Positions 42,429-52,728 of a DNA stretch of 63,390 nucleotides are shown here, in pieces. The position numbers and the translations under genes were made by a program. The stretch's first letter is position 1. Each line of letters opens with the position of its first letter. The notes under the pieces are model-generated. The model was not told the DNA's origin and did no database searches. It saw only the letters and a list, made by a program, of their open reading frames with translations. The stretch spans positions 1-63,390 of the forward strand of contig CAZJEW010000001.1 in assembly GCA_964545285.1 (NCBI GenBank), read 5' to 3'. This stretch comes from an uncultured Clostridium sp. Lineage in GTDB: Bacteria > Bacillota_I > Bacilli_A > RF39 > UBA660.

Positions 42429-43745
42429 ATGGAAGAAAATAAGAAGGAAATTTTATATATACCTGTGGAAGATATTTTACCTAATAGGTTTCAACCAAGA
42501 CTGGCTTTTGATGAAAAAGAGCTTAATGAACTTGCTAATTCCATTATTAAGTATGGTGTTGTTCAACCAATAGTTGTAAGATCAATTGGTGAAAAATATG
42601 AAATTATAGCTGGCGAAAGAAGATATAAAGCTTCTGTGATCGCTGGTATAAAAAAAATACCTGCAGTTTTAATGCAAACAGACGATAATACTAGTGCTGA
42701 AATAGCACTATTAGAAAATTTACAAAGAAAAAATTTAACTCCTATAGAGGAAGCAAAATCCTATAAGAAATTAATAGATAAAGGTTTTACTCAAGATGAT
42801 ATAGCTAATAAACTTGGTGTAAGCCAATCAGCTATAGCAAATAAATTAAGATTATTAAAATTACCAGAAGAGGTACATAATGCTTTATTGTACAACCAAA
42901 TATCGGAAAGGCATGCCAGAAGTTTGTTAGTTCTTGATAATTCTGATTTGCAAAAAAGTTTGTTAAAAAGAATTATCGCCGAAAAACTAACTGTCAAGCA
43001 AACGGAGGACGAAATAAATGTTATGATGAATGCAAATAAAGTTGAATCATCTGAAATACCAGATGATATACAAAAATTTTTAAGACCTGACGCATCATTA
43101 AATGAAGTAAGAAATACAAATACTATTCAGCCATCTGAAAAGAAAGAAGAAGAAATAGAGGTCGTTGATTTCAATGTACCTGAAGTTATAGACATTAATG
43201 ATGATGACAACGATAATTTAAAAGGAGATCCACTTCCAAAAAATAACGTTGTAGAATATTCTGATGAAACTCCATTAATTAATCCATTTCAAAAAGATTT
43301 TGTATCATCTGAGAATAACAACACATTAATAGATTCACAACCTCAAACTACAGAAATAAATATTCCATCTTCACCATTTAGTGAAGCGGGTCAAGCAGTA
43401 GGTGAAAATATTGAAAATGATATTCCTCAAAAGACAATAAAAGAACAATTAGGTGATGTTAATTATGAAACATCTGAACCATCATTAGAAGATTTAAATG
43501 TATCTCAAGAATATAATAAAATTGAAAGAATAGATAATGACGAAGATACTATAGAAGAGAATGAAGAATTAGCAAGTATTGATAGCGAATTTCTCGATGA
43601 ATATGGAGAAATAGATTTACCAAAATTAATAAATAAAATTAGAGATTTTGCAAATAATCTTGGTTCTGCTAGTAGATTAGTAGATGTATCAGAAATAGAT
43701 TTACCTGACAAATATCAAATAACAATAGAAATAGAGAAAAAATAA
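42429..43745 (+). CDS. parB: ParB/Spo0J/Noc-family partition protein with a long acidic C-terminal extension
   Basis: ParB box IIAGERRYKAS, HTH FTQDDIANKLGVSQSAIANKLRLL. Total length is 438 aa, versus the roughly 280 aa I recall as typical. Confidence 0.88.
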   Translation: MEENKKEILYIPVEDILPNRFQPRLAFDEKELNELANSIIKYGVVQPIVVRSIGEKYEIIAGERRYKASVIAGIKKIPAVLMQTDDNTSAEIALLENLQRKNLTPIEEAKSYKKLIDKGFTQDDIANKLGVSQSAIANKLRLLKLPEEVHNALLYNQISERHARSLLVLDNSDLQKSLLKRIIAEKLTVKQTEDEINVMMNANKVESSEIPDDIQKFLRPDASLNEVRNTNTIQPSEKKEEEIEVVDFNVPEVIDINDDDNDNLKGDPLPKNNVVEYSDETPLINPFQKDFVSSENNNTLIDSQPQTTEINIPSSPFSEAGQAVGENIENDIPQKTIKEQLGDVNYETSEPSLEDLNVSQEYNKIERIDNDEDTIEENEELASIDSEFLDEYGEIDLPKLINKIRDFANNLGSASRLVDVSEIDLPDKYQITIEIEKK

Positions 43746-43760
43746 TATTTTCTCTTTTTT
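43733..43760. terminator. hairpin terminator between convergent parB and PBP genes
   Basis: AGAGAAAA (43733-43740) pairs with TTTTCTCT (43748-43755), then T5. Confidence 0.55.
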
Positions 43761-45663
43761 AATAGTCGGGTTCGCTTCCTTTTTCATAATAGCAAACATA
43801 TCCATTGTTAGATGATAATTCTCCATTTATTGGATCAATTATGTAAGCAGTAATTCCTTTTGGAATATCATACCAAGAATCATCATAATTATCTAATTTA
43901 GTAATTGTGTTTGCCCAAATCTTTTTTGATATTTTTGATTCACTGCTTTTAACATTTGAATTATTATCATTTCCATTCCATACCATTACCAAATAATTTT
44001 TATTATATCCAATAGTTAAAAAATCTGTGGATGTACTACCACTTTTAACAGCATATTTGTTATTATTTATTACGTTACTAACACTTAATAAGGTGGGTGA
44101 AGTATAATTTACCATTGAATAATTGTATGTTGATGTTAGTAAATTATTTAAAATATAGACATATTTAGAGTTTAACACGTATTCTTCTTCATTCTTATAT
44201 TCGTAGAGAATATTATCATTTATATCTGTTATCTTTCTTATAAGATGAGGATTTTTATGTATTCCTAAGTTAGCAAGAGTTATAAATCCATTTGAGTAAT
44301 CCAACATATTTATTTCGGTGGTTCCTAATGCAGAAGATGCATTATTCAGTACTTCTGTATTAATTCCACTTCTTTTTGTTGTTTCTCCTAATATATTTAA
44401 ACCTAAAAAGAAATGTGTTTTCATTGCATAAACATTATCTGAATATGCAATAGCTGCTAATAAAGAAATATTTTTATTAGCATATATGTTTCCGGCGTTT
44501 TTAGGAGAATAATTACTATCTCCCAAACTAAATGTAGTCCTTTCACTTAAAAACGTTGTGGAAGGCGTAAAACCATTCTCTAACGCTGCATAATACAAAA
44601 ATGGTTTAATAGTTGAGCCCACTTGTCTTTTAGATGAAATAACTCTATTATATTGAGAAATAGAATAATCCTTTCCGCCGATTAAAGCTATAATCTCCCC
44701 ATTATTTGGAGTTACAATAACTGATGCGACTTGCATAGTAGTATCGTTCATATATTCATTAATATTATTTTCTAATATCAATTGAGCATTAGTATCTAAA
44801 GAAGTATATATTTTTAATCCATCAACATTTAGCAATGATGAAGGAATTTTTTTAATTGAATATAATTCGTTAATAACAGCATCTTTATAATAATAAATAC
44901 TAGATAATTCTTTTTTATCGCTCTTAGCATAAAATGTTAATTTAGTATTATAGGCATCATTCATTTCTTCTTTAGTAATGTATCCATTATTAACCATTGT
45001 TTTTAAAACAATTAATTGTCTTTTTTTTGATGAATTATAATTAGAAACAGGATTATAATAACTAGGATTTTTTGGTATTCCAACTATAATACTTGCCTCA
45101 CTCAATGTTAATTCAGAAGGTAATTTATTAAAGTAATATTTACTTGCTTCTTTAATCCCATAATTACCACAGCCAAAATCAATAGTGTTTAAATATCCTT
45201 CTAATATCTCATCTTTGGAATAATGAACTTCTAATTCGTATGTTAAATACGCTTCTTCAATTTTTCTTTTCCAAGTTTGTTCAAAATCTAAAAATAAGTT
45301 TTTTATGTATTGCTGTGATATAGTTGAAGCACCTTCAACAATCGATTTTCTTTTAATATTATTAATTATTGCTTTAATAATTCTCAAATAATCAAAACCT
45401 TGATGTTTATAAAAATTTTTATCTTCAACAGAAACAATAGAATTTTTCACATATATTGAAATGTTATCTAATGATACATAATTATCTAGATCACTGTTTT
45501 TAAATATTTCTGAATTATTATTATCATATATCACAATATTATTTTTAGTATTAATTTCAAATTTAGGTGTTATAGATGCATATACATAAAAACTAAAATT
45601 AATTATAATAATAATGATATAAATAAATAAAATTATTTTAATAAATAGTAATTTTTTATACAT
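43759..45663 (-). CDS. class A penicillin-binding protein (glycosyltransferase GT51 plus transpeptidase)
   Basis: GT51 motifs EDKNFYKHQGFD, GASTISQQ, RKIEE; transpeptidase motifs STIKP, SDN, KSGST. Confidence 0.92.
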   Translation of the reverse strand: MYKKLLFIKIILFIYIIIIIINFSFYVYASITPKFEINTKNNIVIYDNNNSEIFKNSDLDNYVSLDNISIYVKNSIVSVEDKNFYKHQGFDYLRIIKAIINNIKRKSIVEGASTISQQYIKNLFLDFEQTWKRKIEEAYLTYELEVHYSKDEILEGYLNTIDFGCGNYGIKEASKYYFNKLPSELTLSEASIIVGIPKNPSYYNPVSNYNSSKKRQLIVLKTMVNNGYITKEEMNDAYNTKLTFYAKSDKKELSSIYYYKDAVINELYSIKKIPSSLLNVDGLKIYTSLDTNAQLILENNINEYMNDTTMQVASVIVTPNNGEIIALIGGKDYSISQYNRVISSKRQVGSTIKPFLYYAALENGFTPSTTFLSERTTFSLGDSNYSPKNAGNIYANKNISLLAAIAYSDNVYAMKTHFFLGLNILGETTKRSGINTEVLNNASSALGTTEINMLDYSNGFITLANLGIHKNPHLIRKITDINDNILYEYKNEEEYVLNSKYVYILNNLLTSTYNYSMVNYTSPTLLSVSNVINNNKYAVKSGSTSTDFLTIGYNKNYLVMVWNGNDNNSNVKSSESKISKKIWANTITKLDNYDDSWYDIPKGITAYIIDPINGELSSNNGYVCYYEKGSEPDY

Positions 45664-45711
45664 AATTGTTTCCTTATTTATTATTATGTAATAAAAATGT
45701 AAAAAAAATAC

Positions 45712-45739
45712 TTGATTTTATATAAAAAATAAGTATAAT
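45712..45739 (+). promoter_or_regulatory. candidate sigma-A promoter of rpoE
   Basis: TTGATT, 16-nt spacer, TATAAT. Confidence 0.45.
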
Positions 45740-45779
45740 TTTAATGGTAAGAAAGGACACAAGTTTAGGAGGCAAAAAA

Positions 45780-46223
45780 ATGAGATTTAAAACAATAAAA
45801 AAAGAAGATATTGAAACTATGTCATTTGATGATTTAGCTTATGCAATTCTTAAAGAAAAAGGTAAGAAAATGAAAATAGCTGATTTATTCAAAATTGTAT
45901 GTGATGAACTTAATTTAGGAGAAAAGGCATATGAAGAACAAATCGGTGATTTCTTTGCATTATTATCAACAGAAAAGAGATTTATTCAACTTTCAAAAGG
46001 CTTTTGGGATTTAAGAGAAAATCATACTTCTGAAATAAGAATAAAAGAAATAGAAGAAGAATTAGAAGATGATGTTTTAACAGATGATAATTCTGATTCT
46101 ACAGACGATGATGAAGAAGATTATTATGATGAATTAGATGATGTAGAAGATGATAAAGGAGACGATGATCTTAAAGATTTAGTCGTTGTTGACGAGAATT
46201 TTGAGGATGATACTGAATTATAA
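45780..46223 (+). CDS. rpoE: DNA-directed RNA polymerase delta subunit
   Basis: HARE-HTH N-terminal domain (MSFDDLAYAILKEKG...FWDLRENH) plus poly-acidic C-terminal tail; start at MRFKT (RBS GGAGG). Confidence 0.88.
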   Translation: MRFKTIKKEDIETMSFDDLAYAILKEKGKKMKIADLFKIVCDELNLGEKAYEEQIGDFFALLSTEKRFIQLSKGFWDLRENHTSEIRIKEIEEELEDDVLTDDNSDSTDDDEEDYYDELDDVEDDKGDDDLKDLVVVDENFEDDTEL

Positions 46224-46259
46224 ATAACTTTCTTTATGATTGATTAGATAGGAGATATA

Positions 46260-47324
46260 ATGAAAGAAAGATTAGATATAATATTAGAAAGATATAATTA
46301 TTTATGTAATGAGATACTAAAGCCTGAAATATATGAAGATTATAACAAAATGAAAGTGATTTCAAAGGAAAAAAATTCACTTGAAGAGGTGGTAAATTCA
46401 TATAAAAAACTATTAGCCACTGATGATGATATTGAAGCAGCTAAAGAAATGTCAAAAGAACCTGAAATGAAATTATTTGCAGAAGAAGAACTAGACAAAT
46501 TACATAATGAAAAAAATAAATTAGAAGATAAAATTAAAGTGATGCTTTTACCAAAAGATCCAAATGATAGTAAAAATGTTATTATGGAAATAAGAGGAGC
46601 AGCAGGAGGGGACGAGGCCAACATCTTTGCTGGTGATTTGTTTAGAATGTATAACAAATATGCAGAAAAGCAAGGATGGAAAATGGAAGTCACTTATGAA
46701 GTACCTGGAGAAAGTGGTGGTTACTCAACAATTGAATTTATGTTGAGTGGAGAAAGTGTTTATTCAAAATTGAAATATGAGAGTGGTGTCCATAGAGTAC
46801 AAAGAGTTCCTGAAACAGAAACACAAGGAAGAATTCATACATCAACGTCTACTGTTTTAGTTATGCCGGAAGCAGAAGAATTAGATATAGAGATTAAAGA
46901 TAGCGATATAAGAGTGGATATTACAAGAAGTAGTGGAGCTGGTGGACAGTGTGTAAACACAACAGATTCAGCAGTTAGAATCACTCATATTCCTACGAAT
47001 ATAGTGGTTTATTGTCAAGTTGAAAGAAGTCAAATTAAGAATAAAGAGAAGGCTATGCAAATTCTTAAAACAAGACTATATGATTTAAGACAAAGAGAAC
47101 AGGATGAAAAGCTTGGAAATGAAAGAAGAAGTAAAATAGGGACAGGAGATAGATCCGAAAAAATAAGAACGTATAATTATCCTCAAAACAGACTAACTGA
47201 TCATAGAATAAATTATACTGTAATGCATTTAGATAAAATAATGGAAGGAAACATAGAAGAGTTAATTGAAGCGTTAATTGCTGAAGATGAAAGAATGAAA
47301 ATGGAAGAAGCAAATGCTAAATAA
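46260..47324 (+). CDS. prfA: peptide chain release factor 1
   Basis: GGQ motif (SGAGGQCVNT), PxT-type tripeptide (VPETE), followed by prmC. Confidence 0.95.
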   Translation: MKERLDIILERYNYLCNEILKPEIYEDYNKMKVISKEKNSLEEVVNSYKKLLATDDDIEAAKEMSKEPEMKLFAEEELDKLHNEKNKLEDKIKVMLLPKDPNDSKNVIMEIRGAAGGDEANIFAGDLFRMYNKYAEKQGWKMEVTYEVPGESGGYSTIEFMLSGESVYSKLKYESGVHRVQRVPETETQGRIHTSTSTVLVMPEAEELDIEIKDSDIRVDITRSSGAGGQCVNTTDSAVRITHIPTNIVVYCQVERSQIKNKEKAMQILKTRLYDLRQREQDEKLGNERRSKIGTGDRSEKIRTYNYPQNRLTDHRINYTVMHLDKIMEGNIEELIEALIAEDERMKMEEANAK

Positions 47325-48048
47325 GATATTAGAATTAGGCATATCATTAAGTGAAGCCAAGGAGTTATTAAAAGTATCAAAAGATATTGATAAAGACTAT
47401 AACATGCTTTTAGAAGGATATCCTATTCAATATTTAATTGGCTATGTTAATTTCTACGGATATAAAATTATTATTGATAAAAATGTACTTATACCTAGAT
47501 ATGAAACAGAATTACTAGTGGAAAAAACTTTAAAATATATGAATAACTTCGATTCTCCTAGAATACTAGATATTGGTACAGGATCAGGGTGCATTTCAAT
47601 AGCATTGTTAAAAAATAAAAAATGTCTAATTGATGCAATGGATATATCTGATGAGGCTCTTGAGATTGCAAAGTATAATTCTAAAATAAATAACGTTGAA
47701 ATTAACTTTATTAAAAGTGATCTATTTAGCAATATTAATAAAGTTTATGATGTTATTATTAGTAATCCTCCGTATATATCATACGATGAAGACATTATGG
47801 AAAGTGTCAAAAGATATGAACCAAACATAGCATTATATTCTAAAGATAATGGATTGTATTTTTATAAAACTATATTAGATAATTCTAAAGAACATTTGAA
47901 AAGCAAATTTTTAATAGCGTTTGAGATAGGATATTGGCAGGCAAATGCAATTAAAGAATACTCAGAAAACGTCTATCCAAATGCAACAATAACTATTGAA
48001 AAAGACTATTCATTAAAAGACAGATATGTTTTTATAAAAAATGAATAA
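47314..48048 (+). CDS. prmC: release factor glutamine methyltransferase PrmC/HemK
   Basis: DIGTGSGCI SAM motif and NPPY. Confidence 0.9.
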   Translation: MLNKILELGISLSEAKELLKVSKDIDKDYNMLLEGYPIQYLIGYVNFYGYKIIIDKNVLIPRYETELLVEKTLKYMNNFDSPRILDIGTGSGCISIALLKNKKCLIDAMDISDEALEIAKYNSKINNVEINFIKSDLFSNINKVYDVIISNPPYISYDEDIMESVKRYEPNIALYSKDNGLYFYKTILDNSKEHLKSKFLIAFEIGYWQANAIKEYSENVYPNATITIEKDYSLKDRYVFIKNE

Positions 48049-48094
48049 GAATTTATAAATATAACCAACACTTATTTGAAAGGTTGGTTTTTAA

Positions 48095-48598
48095 ATGAAA
48101 AAAATCCTAGTTGTAGTTTTAATAAGTCTTGTCTTATTAATAATGAATAGTAATTATTATATAATTCCAAACGAGGCAATTAGATTTAGAATAATTTCGA
48201 ATAGCAATTCTAGTGAAGACATTATTATGAAGGAAAAAACTATGCAAGAAACAGTAAATCTATTTGAAGATTTTAAATATGATTCTATTAATAATACAAG
48301 AAATGATATAGTTAATAATATTAAAAATATTGAAAATAACATATCAAAATTATTTTCAGATAATAATTATAATAAAACATTTAATATTAGATACGGATTA
48401 AATGAATTTCCGGAGAAAACATATAAAGGAGTTAAATATGAAAAAGGTTTATATGAATCATTATTAATTGAGATTGGAAATGCAAAAGGGAATAATTATT
48501 GGTGTGTATTATATCCACCGCTATGTTTGATTGATGAATCTAATGAGAAAATAGAATATAAATCAAAAATTATTGAGATATTTAATAAATTATTTTAA
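48095..48598 (+). CDS. spoIIR: stage II sporulation protein R
   Basis: IPNEAIRFRIISNSNSSEDIIMK and NYWCVLYPPLCL signature regions; signal anchor. Confidence 0.85.
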   Translation: MKKILVVVLISLVLLIMNSNYYIIPNEAIRFRIISNSNSSEDIIMKEKTMQETVNLFEDFKYDSINNTRNDIVNNIKNIENNISKLFSDNNYNKTFNIRYGLNEFPEKTYKGVKYEKGLYESLLIEIGNAKGNNYWCVLYPPLCLIDESNEKIEYKSKIIEIFNKLF

Positions 48599-48673
48599 TG
48601 TAAACAAAAATATAATTCATTGATTATCTTTCTAAAACATAGTATATTAATATTAGAGATCATGAGGTGAATT

Positions 48674-49927
48674 ATGTCTAAGATTATAATTGATGGAAAT
48701 CATGAATTAACGGGGGAAATTAAAATTAGTGGAGCAAAAAATAGTGCAGTTGCTTTGATACCTGCGGCTATTCTTTCTAGAAATAAAAGTGTTATTTATA
48801 ATGTTCCAGAAATAACTGACATCGAATATTTAATAAATATAATGGAATTATTAAATTGTGATATTAAACATGATAAAGATGCATTATATATTGATTCGTC
48901 TAATTTAATTAATAAACCAATACCCGAAGAACTAAGTGTTCAAATGAGAGCGTCTTACTATTTTATGGGATCGCTTTTAGCGAGAAATAAAAGAGTTGAG
49001 ATATCATTCCCCGGGGGGTGTAATATAGGTGCTAGACCTATAGATATTCATATAAAAGGATTTGAATCTTTAGGTGCAACTGTTGAAAAAATTAAAAATA
49101 GATACATAATAACAGCAAAACAACTAAAAGGAGCAAAGATTTATTTTGACTTTCCTAGCGTTGGAGCAACAATAAATGTAATAATGGCTGCCTTGGGTGC
49201 TGAAGGAACGACAGTAATAGAAAACGCAGCAAGAGAACCTGAAATTACAAATGTAGCATCATTTTTAATAAGTATGGGAGCAAAAATAAGAGGAGCTGGA
49301 ACATCTACGATAGAAATCGAAGGAAATAACAATTTAAAAAATGGTGTTACCGAAGTGTTTCCTGATAGAATTGAAGCGGGTACTTATTTAATTATTGGTG
49401 CGTTGTTAGGAAAAGATTTAAAAATCAACGGAATAATTAAAGCTCATATAGATTCATTACTTACTAAATTAAAAGAGATTGGCGTAAATTATAAACATAT
49501 TGAAGATACGATAATAATAAATAAATGTGATGAAATTAAACCAACAAATGTTAAGACACTAGTATATCCAGGTTTTCCCACTGATTTACAGCAACCTTTT
49601 ACGACGCTTTTAACGCAAGCAACAGGAAGATCAACAATTGAAGAAACTATATACGAAAATAGATTTAAAAATACTCTTTCATTAAATGAAATGGGTGCTA
49701 CAACAAGGATATTAGGAACTCAAAAACTCGAAATAATTGGACCTACAGCATTAATTGGAAAAGAGGTAGAAGCAACAGATTTGAGAGGTGGAGCATCTCT
49801 ACTTGTAGCTGGATTAATAGCAAATGGAACAACAACGATAAACAATTGTGAATGTATATTAAGAGGATATGGAAACATAATAAAAAAATTATCAGATATA
49901 GGTGCTAAAATAAAAATAACTGAGTAA
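48674..49927 (+). CDS. murA: UDP-N-acetylglucosamine 1-carboxyvinyltransferase
   Basis: Full-length MurA; active-site loop PGGCNIGARPIDIH. Confidence 0.95.
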   Translation: MSKIIIDGNHELTGEIKISGAKNSAVALIPAAILSRNKSVIYNVPEITDIEYLINIMELLNCDIKHDKDALYIDSSNLINKPIPEELSVQMRASYYFMGSLLARNKRVEISFPGGCNIGARPIDIHIKGFESLGATVEKIKNRYIITAKQLKGAKIYFDFPSVGATINVIMAALGAEGTTVIENAAREPEITNVASFLISMGAKIRGAGTSTIEIEGNNNLKNGVTEVFPDRIEAGTYLIIGALLGKDLKINGIIKAHIDSLLTKLKEIGVNYKHIEDTIIINKCDEIKPTNVKTLVYPGFPTDLQQPFTTLLTQATGRSTIEETIYENRFKNTLSLNEMGATTRILGTQKLEIIGPTALIGKEVEATDLRGGASLLVAGLIANGTTTINNCECILRGYGNIIKKLSDIGAKIKITE

Positions 49928-49935
49928 TATTTAAT

Positions 49936-50607
49936 ATGACTAAAATATTAAAAATATCAATTGTATTTTTTATTGCAATATTATTTACTATAATTATTTA
50001 TTTTTCATTTGATCAAAGAAAAACTTATATTTTATCTTTGGGAGATGATCTATCTTTAGGGAAAACACCTTTTAATACATATAATTATAGTTATATTGAC
50101 TATTTAATCAATAATAATAATTATATAATAAATACATCTTTTATGTCTGAAAATATAACATATGATGATATATATAACAGAATATATTATGATGAACTTA
50201 TATATGACAAAGGATCATATAAGAACATAAAAAATATAATAAGAAAATCAGATATAGTTATTTTAACTGCAAACAATAATATTACATTTAACAAATGTGA
50301 AAAAAACGAAAGAATTATAAATGAATATTTAGATAATCTTTTTAATAAAATAACTAATATCGCAGATATTATTTATAATATAAAAGATTTAAAAATTATA
50401 GTTTTAACACCATACTGCTATAACTATAGGGCTAAAACAAATGATTTTATAAATAAATATTATAAATATAAAAATATTACTTTTATAAATTTAAATGAAA
50501 TATTTGATAAAACTGAGGATTTACCAAGCCCTAAATTAACTTATCCTTCAATAAATGGTTATTATAAGATTTACAATAGAATAAATGAAATTTTAATTAC
50601 ATCTTGA
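49936..50607 (+). CDS. membrane-anchored hypothetical protein, possibly SGNH/GDSL-like
   Basis: N-terminal TM helix; LSLGDDLSLG resembles GDS(L) block I. The resemblance is weak and the RBS is poor. Confidence 0.4.
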   Translation: MTKILKISIVFFIAILFTIIIYFSFDQRKTYILSLGDDLSLGKTPFNTYNYSYIDYLINNNNYIINTSFMSENITYDDIYNRIYYDELIYDKGSYKNIKNIIRKSDIVILTANNNITFNKCEKNERIINEYLDNLFNKITNIADIIYNIKDLKIIVLTPYCYNYRAKTNDFINKYYKYKNITFINLNEIFDKTEDLPSPKLTYPSINGYYKIYNRINEILITS

Positions 50608-50632
50608 TTTTAGTTGTTATTTTGTGTATAAT
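50604..50632 (+). promoter_or_regulatory. candidate sigma-A promoter of rpmE
   Basis: TTGATT (50604-50609), 17-nt spacer, TATAAT (50627-50632). Confidence 0.5.
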
Positions 50633-50686
50633 ACCTCTTGAAGTTATTTCTATAACTTGAAATAAAGTTATGGCGAGGAGGATAAA

Positions 50687-50887
50687 ATGAAAAAAGGAAT
50701 ACATCCAGTACAAAAGATATGCAAAGTTAAATGTGCTTGTGGAAATGAATTCGAAATCAAATCAAATAAAGATGAACTTCAAGTTGAAGCTTGTCCTAAA
50801 TGTCATTCATTCTATACAGGTAAGTTTAAAACAACTAAGACAGGTAATGTACAAAAATTCAAAGATAAATATGGAATCACTGATTAA
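50687..50887 (+). CDS. rpmE: 50S ribosomal protein L31 (zinc-ribbon type A)
   Basis: MKKGIHP..., CxC...CxxC cysteines, RBS GAGGAGG. Confidence 0.93.
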   Translation: MKKGIHPVQKICKVKCACGNEFEIKSNKDELQVEACPKCHSFYTGKFKTTKTGNVQKFKDKYGITD

Positions 50888-50899
50888 GAGTGATTTTTT
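50875..50899 (+). terminator. intrinsic terminator after rpmE
   Basis: AATCACT pairs with AGTGATT, followed by T-run. Confidence 0.55.
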
Positions 50900-50913
50900 A
50901 TTAAGGTATTAAT

Positions 50914-51177
50914 ATGAAAATTAAAGATGAAGAAATAAATATAAATGATTTAATTGATGATAGATATATGCATAATAAAATTAATAACATTTATTTAAAT
51001 AAGTACCAAGAACAAGTGTTAAGTCAATATGGTATTAATTATAAGAATTGTAGCGGTGTAAAAGAACTATTATTTCTGATAGAGGAAATAATTGATGATA
51101 TTCCTGATGCCGAAGATTTGGAAAATATATCAAAGGAAATATCAGAATTTGATTATTATAACAATACTAACAAGTAA
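50914..51177 (+). CDS. hypothetical acidic protein, 87 aa
   Basis: ORF track only; weak RBS (AAGG). Confidence 0.35.
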   Translation: MKIKDEEININDLIDDRYMHNKINNIYLNKYQEQVLSQYGINYKNCSGVKELLFLIEEIIDDIPDAEDLENISKEISEFDYYNNTNK

Positions 51178-51213
51178 TTGAAATATTACTTGTTTTTTGT
51201 TAAAATATATTAT

Positions 51214-51993
51214 ATGAAAAATAATAGAATAGTAATAGTTGTGGTTTTAATGATATGTATATCAACAATATGCTGCCTTTATATTTATTATAATTTACCT
51301 ATAAACGAAAATATTAAGGGAATATCTTGGTATAACTATAATATTAAAGAGGGTATATACAATGAACTTAAAATTGACAACGATTCCATTACATTTTATT
51401 ATATTAATTCAAATCAAAACTGCACTAAATATAATTACAATACAAAATTAAAAAATATTGTTTTAGATTGTGGTATAACAATTCATATTAAAGAAGTAAA
51501 AGATAATTATATAGTATTAGTAATAAATAATGAAGAAAATGTTTTTTTTAAGTCACCTGAGGAAACACTTAATTACGAGTTTGAAAAGTTTTATGAGGAA
51601 TCTATAATAGAATATACAAATTCAAAAAAACAGGTTGAAGAAATTCTTAAAATTAGTGTTAATAAATTAAAAGATATTATTAATCAAAAAGATACAAGTA
51701 TATTGGTTTTCAAAGGAAACGGTTGCAATAATATCGATTGTACTTTATTATTAGGAGTCTTAGAAAAATGGAATGTTGATAGTCAAAATGTATATTATAT
51801 TGATTCGTCTTATTTTAACGAAGATACTTATAATTATTTGAAATCGTTGAATAATAAGTTTGATAATTATAATTCATATTATAATAGTAACTATCCTTTT
51901 ATTATTAAGTTATCTAATAATGTAATAGTTGAAGGAAAAGAATTTACATGTAATGGTTTTGATTGCACATTTTGGAAAAACTATTCAAATTAG
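51214..51993 (+). CDS. hypothetical membrane-anchored protein
   Basis: ORF with an N-terminal TM helix after the ATG at 51214; no recognisable domain and no clear RBS. Confidence 0.4.
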   Translation: MKNNRIVIVVVLMICISTICCLYIYYNLPINENIKGISWYNYNIKEGIYNELKIDNDSITFYYINSNQNCTKYNYNTKLKNIVLDCGITIHIKEVKDNYIVLVINNEENVFFKSPEETLNYEFEKFYEESIIEYTNSKKQVEEILKISVNKLKDIINQKDTSILVFKGNGCNNIDCTLLLGVLEKWNVDSQNVYYIDSSYFNEDTYNYLKSLNNKFDNYNSYYNSNYPFIIKLSNNVIVEGKEFTCNGFDCTFWKNYSN

Positions 51994-52071
51994 AATAATT
52001 TATAAAAACAACAAAAATATTTCACAAATATTACATAATTTGATACTATAGTTTAATCAAGAGGTGAAAAA

Positions 52072-52728
52072 ATGAAAGTATTAGTAGTGGATGATGAAAA
52101 ACTAATAAGAGATGTTATTAAGGAATATTGTTTTGATAATAAATATGATGTTATTGAAGCTGAAAATGGTGTTGAAGCAGTTGAAAAAGCCGGAGATGCT
52201 GATATAATAATTATGGATATAATGATGCCCAAAATGGATGGTTTTTCTGCGTATAAAGTTATCAAACAAAAGTATAATGTTCCAACTATAATGTTATCTG
52301 CTAGAGGAGAAGAATATGATATTTTAGCTGGTTTTGATTTAGGAATCGATGATTATATGACGAAACCATTTAGCCCCAAAGAATTATTAGCTAGAATGAA
52401 TGCTGTTCTTAAAAGATACAAAGGAGAAGATGATTTCTTTGTTTATAAAGATTTAAAAGTTGATTTTCTTGGACATGCAGTATATATAAATGGTGAGCAA
52501 TTACCATTAACACCAAAAGAATATGATTTGCTTGTTTATTTTATTAATAATAAAGGAATAGCTTTATCTAGGGAGCAGTTATTAAATAATATTTGGAATT
52601 ATGATTATTTTGGTAACGATAGAACAATTGATACTCACATCAAGATGCTTAGAAATAATTTGAAAGAATATAGAGATTTAATAACTACTGTTAGAGGAAT
52701 GGGGTATAAATTTGAAATTAAAGAGTAG
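52072..52728 (+). CDS. OmpR-family response regulator
   Basis: Receiver domain (VLVVDDE, DIMMPKMDG, KPF) and winged-helix output domain (VRGMGYKF). Confidence 0.92.
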   Translation: MKVLVVDDEKLIRDVIKEYCFDNKYDVIEAENGVEAVEKAGDADIIIMDIMMPKMDGFSAYKVIKQKYNVPTIMLSARGEEYDILAGFDLGIDDYMTKPFSPKELLARMNAVLKRYKGEDDFFVYKDLKVDFLGHAVYINGEQLPLTPKEYDLLVYFINNKGIALSREQLLNNIWNYDYFGNDRTIDTHIKMLRNNLKEYRDLITTVRGMGYKFEIKE

